From Bacteroidales bacterium (GTDB lineage Bacteria > Bacteroidota > Bacteroidia > Bacteroidales > FEN-979): DNA of 32,000 bases. The notes below the pieces were generated by a model. It was not told where the DNA came from, did not search any database, and saw only the letters and a list, made by a program, of their open reading frames with translations. A program made the translations under genes and the position numbers. This document shows positions 26,715 to 32,000 of the stretch, one piece after another. Positions within the stretch are counted from its first letter, which is position 1. Every line of letters starts with the position of its first letter. The stretch lies in NCBI GenBank assembly GCA_038244085.1, contig JBBRTX010000015.1:4997-36996 (forward strand), read 5' to 3'.

Positions 26715-28736
26715 TCAACGTACCTTTTTCAACACCAATGCCGTCCTGTTGGTGATATAAATATTCAACAGATGCATTTGTCCTGTTTTATCAGGATGCG
26801 AGAAAAATACTGTTTTCTCATCAATCCTTCCGTGACCGCCGTAGCCAGAATTATCGGTATTCAGGACAATAATATATTCCCCGGGTTCCGGAACACTGAA
26901 TTCATAATCAGGTATGGAATGCCCGGTGTGAAAGTTAACAATAAAAATCAAACCAGCACGCTCAAAAACGATAGTTTTATTCGCATCGTCCATATTTAAC
27001 TGCCTGCCTTCTTTACGAAAGATCCCGTAACGGGTCACCATATGAATCATGTCCTTGTCAAATGCTCCCAGGAAATGGTATTTAAGGTCCTGGTCTTCTA
27101 CCAGTGACCACATTCTGCGGGCATATTGAAACGACCAGTTATTACCTTCCCGCGGGAAGTCAATCCAGTCGGGATGACCAAATTCATTGCCCATGAAATT
27201 CAGGTAAGCCTGTCCACCAAGAGAAATGGTCATCAGCCGGATGATCTTGTGGAGGGATATCCCCCGGTCAATCACAATATCACTGTCTTCCTTATGCATA
27301 TGGAAGTAAATGTTGCTCTGCATCAGGCGGAACGCCAGCGTTTGATCACCTACCAGGGCCTGGTCATGCGATTCAGCATAGGCAACCGTTTTAACGCCCG
27401 GCTGCCGATCGGTCAGCACATTCCACATCTCGTGGATGTTCCATTCTTCATCGGTTTTTTCTTTCAGGATCCGGATCCAGTAATCGGGAATAGCCATTCC
27501 GAGCCGGTAATCAAAACCGACACCACCGTCCTTAACCGGGTTGCATAGCCCGGGCATCCCGCTTACATCTTCAGCGATGGTGATGGCACCGGGATAGATC
27601 GTATGGGTAAGGTGGTTGGCCAGCTGAAGATAAACGAGGGCATCCCATTCAACTCCATCCCGGAAATAGCCGTTGATGTCCCAGTTGTCCCGGAATCCGT
27701 GATCGAAATACATCATCGACGTGACCCCGTCGAACCGGAAACCATCAAAGTGAAATTCCTTTAACCAGAATTTTACATTAGATAACAAAAACTGAAGGAC
27801 TTCTCTTTTTCCGTAATCGAAACATTTTGAATCCCAGTGAGGATGATAACCACGGTCTCCGGGATGAAAATACTGGCTGTCGGAACCATCAAACTCATTC
27901 AAACCTTCATTGATGTTTTTAACCGTATGGGAATGAATAAGATCCATAATCACTGCCAAATCCTGTTCGTGGGCTTTTCTGATCAGGTATTTGAGATCTT
28001 CCGGGGTTCCGAAACGGGAAGAAACGGCAAAAAAGTTTGAAACATGATATCCAAAGGAAGCATAATAAGGATGCTCGGCAATGGCCATCAGCTGGATGGT
28101 GTTATAGCCGGAATTCTTGACATAGGGGATCAGATAATCAACAAATTCGACGAAAGTACCAATGCCTTCCTTTTCCATGGCCATCCCAACATGGCATTCA
28201 TAAATCAGCAGATCTTTATGTTTCCCGATCTTGAAATCATCGCCTTCCCAGTCGAATGCAGGGGGTAGCCATACCTGGCCTGAAAAATTTTTGGTTTCCG
28301 GATCCTGCACCACCCGTTGTAAATAGGCAGGAATCCGTTCGATAAATCCTTTGTCTGAATGAACCATCACCTTGATCAGGCTCTGATGGGTAAAGCGGTC
28401 TTTATAGGTGGCTTCATCGAGAAAAATTTCCCAGATACCGTCCTGATTCCGGTTCAGCCGGTGAGCATATCGTTGCCAGTCATTAAAGTCGCCGAAAAGA
28501 TAGAGATCCTGTGCTTTCGGAGCCCATTCGCGATACCACCAGCCTTTCTTTTTCGCGTCGTAGTGAATGCCGAAATAGTTATAGGCATCTGCAAATTTTT
28601 TCAGGCTTCCCCAATGGTCAGTGATATCCTTCAGGGTATATTGAAACCGATGATAACGATCCATGACTTCCTGTTCGACCTGTTCGAGCCATGGATCATT
28701 TTTTACCAGACCAATTTTTTTCCCTGGTTTAGTCAT
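26715..28736 (-). CDS. glgB: 1,4-alpha-glucan branching enzyme (GH13, eukaryote-like subfamily)
   Basis: 673 aa. N-terminal CBM48-like region (YREWAPKAQDLYLFGDFNDW). GH13 regions VIMDLIHSH, DGFRFDGVTSM, IAEDVSG and YAESHDQA. Confidence 0.9.
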   Translation of the reverse strand: MTKPGKKIGLVKNDPWLEQVEQEVMDRYHRFQYTLKDITDHWGSLKKFADAYNYFGIHYDAKKKGWWYREWAPKAQDLYLFGDFNDWQRYAHRLNRNQDGIWEIFLDEATYKDRFTHQSLIKVMVHSDKGFIERIPAYLQRVVQDPETKNFSGQVWLPPAFDWEGDDFKIGKHKDLLIYECHVGMAMEKEGIGTFVEFVDYLIPYVKNSGYNTIQLMAIAEHPYYASFGYHVSNFFAVSSRFGTPEDLKYLIRKAHEQDLAVIMDLIHSHTVKNINEGLNEFDGSDSQYFHPGDRGYHPHWDSKCFDYGKREVLQFLLSNVKFWLKEFHFDGFRFDGVTSMMYFDHGFRDNWDINGYFRDGVEWDALVYLQLANHLTHTIYPGAITIAEDVSGMPGLCNPVKDGGVGFDYRLGMAIPDYWIRILKEKTDEEWNIHEMWNVLTDRQPGVKTVAYAESHDQALVGDQTLAFRLMQSNIYFHMHKEDSDIVIDRGISLHKIIRLMTISLGGQAYLNFMGNEFGHPDWIDFPREGNNWSFQYARRMWSLVEDQDLKYHFLGAFDKDMIHMVTRYGIFRKEGRQLNMDDANKTIVFERAGLIFIVNFHTGHSIPDYEFSVPEPGEYIIVLNTDNSGYGGHGRIDEKTVFFSHPDKTGQMHLLNIYITNRTALVLKKVR

Positions 28737-28739
28737 GTG

Positions 28740-29528
28740 CTAAGGAAGGTTACAACCATTATTTACAGGAAACCCTGCATATTCGGACTGGATAGCGTTT
28801 GACAGCATATCCGTAAAGCCCTTTTCTGTTTCAGGGAGATCTTTGATACAAATCGCATCGGGATGAAATTGTTCAATCCACCAAATGCAGTTTTGAATCA
28901 GGTAGCGGGGTATGAGCGGGGTTTTCAGATTCAATTGAAACGAGGCCGTTCTGGAGGTTTTTTGAATGATCAGCCAGTTTGACATCGGGCGACGGCTTAC
29001 CCACTCATGGCCTTGTCCTGTTTGGAGGCTCAGTTCCATGATCACTTTTATTCCCTGCTGATGCAATGTGTCGGCGAGCAGGAAAAACTGGCCGTTTTCC
29101 TTGTACTTTTCACGAATCTGGTAATAGCTGACCGAAGAGGTTGAAACAAAAACGGGAGGAACTTCCTGTATAACAGGCCTGGTGAAACCGATTCTTTCCC
29201 TGATCTCATAGAGGTATTCAGCCACCACTTTTCCGTCCACTGAGAATGAGATGGGGAAATTGCCTGCCTGCAGGGCATCTGTGAGTTTCAGATCCAGGAA
29301 TAAATAATCCGGGCTGTCGGTGGTTCTGGCTTTAATCAGTTCAATGCCTGGTGTGAAGATCGAAGGGTTTGTCTGGGCTATGTTCTTCCCATAAACCATC
29401 AGTTGCAGATTCTTGTCCTGAAATCCGTTCCACCAGAAAGGAGGCTCAATGCGTTCGAGGGTGCCTTTCTGGGCAAACGAAATCATAAAAACAAAGTTCA
29501 GAAGGACGAGGAAGAGCGCCTGTTTCAT
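28740..29528 (-). CDS. Degenerate, truncated GH13 relative retaining the cyclomaltodextrinase N-terminal domain (pseudoenzyme or decaying gene)
   Basis: Signal peptide followed by the IEPPFWWNGF...LQLMVYG signature of the Cyc-maltodext_N domain. Downstream fragments resemble GH13 segments but carry substitutions at catalytic positions, have internal gaps, and stop before region III. The stop lies 3 nt from the glgB ATG. Confidence 0.6.
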   Translation of the reverse strand: MKQALFLVLLNFVFMISFAQKGTLERIEPPFWWNGFQDKNLQLMVYGKNIAQTNPSIFTPGIELIKARTTDSPDYLFLDLKLTDALQAGNFPISFSVDGKVVAEYLYEIRERIGFTRPVIQEVPPVFVSTSSVSYYQIREKYKENGQFFLLADTLHQQGIKVIMELSLQTGQGHEWVSRRPMSNWLIIQKTSRTASFQLNLKTPLIPRYLIQNCIWWIEQFHPDAICIKDLPETEKGFTDMLSNAIQSEYAGFPVNNGCNLP

Positions 29529-29565
29529 AAAAACGAATTATTGATGATTCAAAATTAGGAAAAAT

Positions 29566-31056
29566 TCATGAATCTCTGCCATACAATTTTGCCAGCCGGA
29601 CCAATCTCTTCTCCAGGGTCTTGGAAAAAGCGGATACATTGCAGCGCCAGTTCCAGTTGTTGGTGATGGTTCCGGGCGTGTTCATCCTGGCCTCACTGCC
29701 CAGTTCGAGAAGATCCTGCAAGGGCACGATGGCAAGGTCGGAAACGGAAGCCCATGCTTGCCGGATCATGCTGCTGCATATTGTTTCCGGTGTACAATTC
29801 ATGTATTCCAGAGCATATTCACGATCCTTTTCCGAGGCTTTTCCGAACCACCCTTTAACTGTGTCATTATCGTGGGTACCGATATATACAACGGTGTTCC
29901 GGATATAGGTATGGGGAAGGAAATTACTGACTTCTCCTGAATCAAAGGCAAATTCAAGAATCTTCATCCCGGGAAAGCCGGACGAATCCCTGAGGTCCTC
30001 CACATCCGGAGTGATCACACCAAGATCCTCGGCGATAATTGGAAGATCGCCCAACACTTGGTTTATGGCTTCGAAAAGCGCTTTCCCCGGTCCGGGCATC
30101 CATTTCCCGTTTTCTGCGGTTTCCTCACTAAACGGAACCGCCCAGTACGCGGCAAAGCCACGGAAATGGTCGATCCGGATGATATCAAAAAGCGTAAGAT
30201 TAAAACGGATCCGATCGATCCACCAGGAATACTTCTGGCCTTTCATTCGGTTCCAGTCGTAAAGAGGATTTCCCCAAAGTTGACCGGTTTCACTGAAGTA
30301 ATCCGGAGGTACTCCCCCCACTGCGACTGGATTTTTGTTTGCATCGAATTCAAAAATCTCAGGATTTGCCCACGCATCAGCACTATCCAGCGAAACATAC
30401 AAAGGGATATCCCCGATAATACGGATGTTGCACTGATTGGCATAATCTTTTAAGGAACTCCATTGCCGGAAGAAGAGATACTGAACAAACTGATGAAATT
30501 CAATCCTGTTTTTCAGGGATTTTGAGAGGGGGGCAATCGCTTCTTCTTTTTTTAACCTGAGTTCTTTCTTCCATTGATACCATGGTTTCTGTTGGCTGTA
30601 TTCCTTAATGGCCATGAAAAGGGCATAGTCATTCAGCCAGGATGCATTCGTCTCAATAAAGTAACGAAGGTCCTGCTTGTGTTCTTTTCCGGCAGATTCA
30701 TCAAACCGGGAGGCTGCTTTTTCCAGCAAGGGGATTTTTTGCCGGATTACCTCACCATAGTTAACATGGCCTGTTTCATGGATGACCGCTCCCGAAAGTT
30801 CTTCCCGTGTAAGCAATCCTTCCTCGCACAGCAATTCCGGATCAATCAGCAGTGGATTCCCGGCTTTCGAGGAGTAGCATTGATAGGGAGAATCCCCATA
30901 CCCGGTAGGTCCCAATGGCAGAATCTGCCATCGTTTGATCTTTGACCGTTGTAAAAAATCAATAAATGCAAAAGCTTCTTTTCCGAGTGTCCCGATACCG
31001 TATTTTCCCGGTAACGAAGTCGGGTGAATGAGTATTCCACCTGCCCGTTCCTTCAT
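29566..31056 (-). CDS. malQ: 4-alpha-glucanotransferase (amylomaltase, GH77)
   Basis: N-terminus ERAGGILIHPTSLPGKYGIGTLG, followed by PLGPTGYGDSPYQ, IIGDIPLYV, RIDHFRGF, IAEDLG and GTHDNDT. Confidence 0.92.
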   Translation of the reverse strand: MKERAGGILIHPTSLPGKYGIGTLGKEAFAFIDFLQRSKIKRWQILPLGPTGYGDSPYQCYSSKAGNPLLIDPELLCEEGLLTREELSGAVIHETGHVNYGEVIRQKIPLLEKAASRFDESAGKEHKQDLRYFIETNASWLNDYALFMAIKEYSQQKPWYQWKKELRLKKEEAIAPLSKSLKNRIEFHQFVQYLFFRQWSSLKDYANQCNIRIIGDIPLYVSLDSADAWANPEIFEFDANKNPVAVGGVPPDYFSETGQLWGNPLYDWNRMKGQKYSWWIDRIRFNLTLFDIIRIDHFRGFAAYWAVPFSEETAENGKWMPGPGKALFEAINQVLGDLPIIAEDLGVITPDVEDLRDSSGFPGMKILEFAFDSGEVSNFLPHTYIRNTVVYIGTHDNDTVKGWFGKASEKDREYALEYMNCTPETICSSMIRQAWASVSDLAIVPLQDLLELGSEARMNTPGTITNNWNWRCNVSAFSKTLEKRLVRLAKLYGRDS

Positions 31057-31109
31057 CTTCCTTCCATATTATAAAATTCAACCACTCGTGTTGCGGATGC
31101 AGCCTGACC

Positions 31110-31379
31110 TTAAAGAAAAGCAATGGCAAGGATCACTAAGATGACCAGAGGTGCCACAATCAATACTGTCTTCCGGTCGCGCTTGAGATTCTTATTGCAA
31201 ACAGCAATCTGATCCAATGCGAGGACATCGTTGGATTTAAAGCCAAGTGCTTTTTCATACTCGCGTTTGGCGGAAAGGAAAAGATCGATCTTCATAAAAT
31301 CTGATGCACGTCTGATGTGATCCTCATACATGAGTTCCTCATGCGAAAGATGTACTGTGGGTTCTTCGGGATGTGCCAT
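31110..31379 (-). CDS. Small hypothetical protein with C-terminal transmembrane anchor
   Basis: 89-aa ORF with a hydrophobic C-terminus VLIVAPLVILVILAIAFL. No recognised motif. Confidence 0.4.
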   Translation of the reverse strand: MAHPEEPTVHLSHEELMYEDHIRRASDFMKIDLFLSAKREYEKALGFKSNDVLALDQIAVCNKNLKRDRKTVLIVAPLVILVILAIAFL

Positions 31380-31436
31380 GTGTAATTTTTTTTCAAAGGT
31401 AACATTTGGAATTCAAAAAGGAGCCAATCATCAATG

Positions 31437-31465
31437 AAAAAAAGCCCCCTGCTCAAAAAGAGGGG
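31437..31465 (-). terminator. Rho-independent terminator-like hairpin
   Basis: The minus strand reads CCCCT-CTTTTTGAGC-AGGGG followed by GCTTTTTTT, about 40 nt downstream of the DUF3078-like gene stop. The stem is only 5 bp. Confidence 0.4.
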
Positions 31466-31504
31466 ATGCAAGCAATCAGGGTCTTTTAATAATCTTAAGA
31501 AGAA

Positions 31505-32000
31505 TTAATGAATTTTATAGGATATCCCGACCCCGATATTTTCCCTGAATTGGGTTCTCGGCCCCGTGTTGCCTTGCAGGTCGGTGATCATAATGTCATT
31601 GTCGTAAATGATCTGGGTAGCAATGGTAGTAGCCAGCCATTTGTTCACCTTGAGAACAACGAGAAGATTCCAGTTTACATCGATATTTCCGAAATCTTTC
31701 AGGTAATCCGTGAAAAGGTCTAGTGTAGATGTGATATTGATGCTTTTTGAAAGATCCTTGTTGAGTGTAGCCCTGACATAAGGACCCAGTTCACCTTTGA
31801 TATGTTTGGACGAATCAACGCCGAAGGCACCCTGGTCAGCCAACCGCTGATCTAAAACGAAGGTAAAACGACCGGAAGCCGGCGAGAGGAACAGGCTGAA
31901 GAAGGGGGCCGGTTTATAACTGAATCCAGGGCCAACAACCAGGTAAGCCGGTGCCATGAAAGTTGAAATGATGGTCGTGTCATCGGGATATTTATACCCA
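31505..32000 (-). CDS. DUF3078-like outer-membrane beta-barrel protein, partial (N-terminus beyond window end)
   Basis: The reading frame stays open upstream of the track Met (31957) to position 32000 (GYKYPDDTTIISTF-MAPAYL...). The C-terminal pattern NWNLLVVLKVNKWLATTIATQIIYDNDI...FRENIGVGISYKI resembles DUF3078 family proteins. Confidence 0.55.
   Translation of the reverse strand, partial: GYKYPDDTTIISTFMAPAYLVVGPGFSYKPAPFFSLFLSPASGRFTFVLDQRLADQGAFGVDSSKHIKGELGPYVRATLNKDLSKSINITSTLDLFTDYLKDFGNIDVNWNLLVVLKVNKWLATTIATQIIYDNDIMITDLQGNTGPRTQFRENIGVGISYKIH

Overview
This window looks like a Bacteroidota chromosome segment. Supporting markers are a T9SS C-terminal sorting domain, an S46 dipeptidyl-peptidase, a Bacteroidota-type tyrosine integrase with an HTH excisionase-like gene, and a TAnnTTTG-type promoter box. 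It has five blocks. (1) 1 to about 4.3 kb is the integrase-proximal end of an integrated mobile element running off the left edge. On the minus strand it encodes integrase, an HTH/Xis-like protein, a small orphan, an SF3 (P4/D5/VirE-like) helicase and a Toprim-type primase N-terminus. It also carries two conspicuous non-coding repeat arrays. (2) 4.8-8.0 kb holds a secreted PAP2 phosphatase and an S46 peptidase. (3) 8.4-13.5 kb is a signalling cluster with no DNA-binding output: a Cache-PAS-PAS histidine kinase, a stand-alone receiver, and a REC-PAS-PAS-HisKA_3 kinase. (4) 13.5-16.3 kb is the most notable locus, a compact minus-strand operon arsR-acr3-hgcA-hgcB. The mercury-methylation pair has all hallmark motifs (NVWCAAGK cap helix; HgcB CMECGAC, Cys73 and C-terminal CC). 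It sits directly behind an ACR3 arsenite efflux gene (stop and start separated by 1 nt) and behind an ArsR-family repressor whose candidate operator brackets the promoter -7 box. (5) 16.5-21.5 kb holds two large divergent uncharacterised helical/TPR proteins, followed by pepE. A six-gene minus-strand alpha-glucan operon then spans 22.3-31.1 kb: malQ, a degenerate GH13 remnant, glgB, a GH13 lipoprotein, a GH13 amylase and a T9SS-CTD protein. A small tail-anchored protein and a partial DUF3078-like gene close the window. No rRNA, tRNA or CRISPR array was found. All homology calls come from motif recognition by eye, not from database searches.
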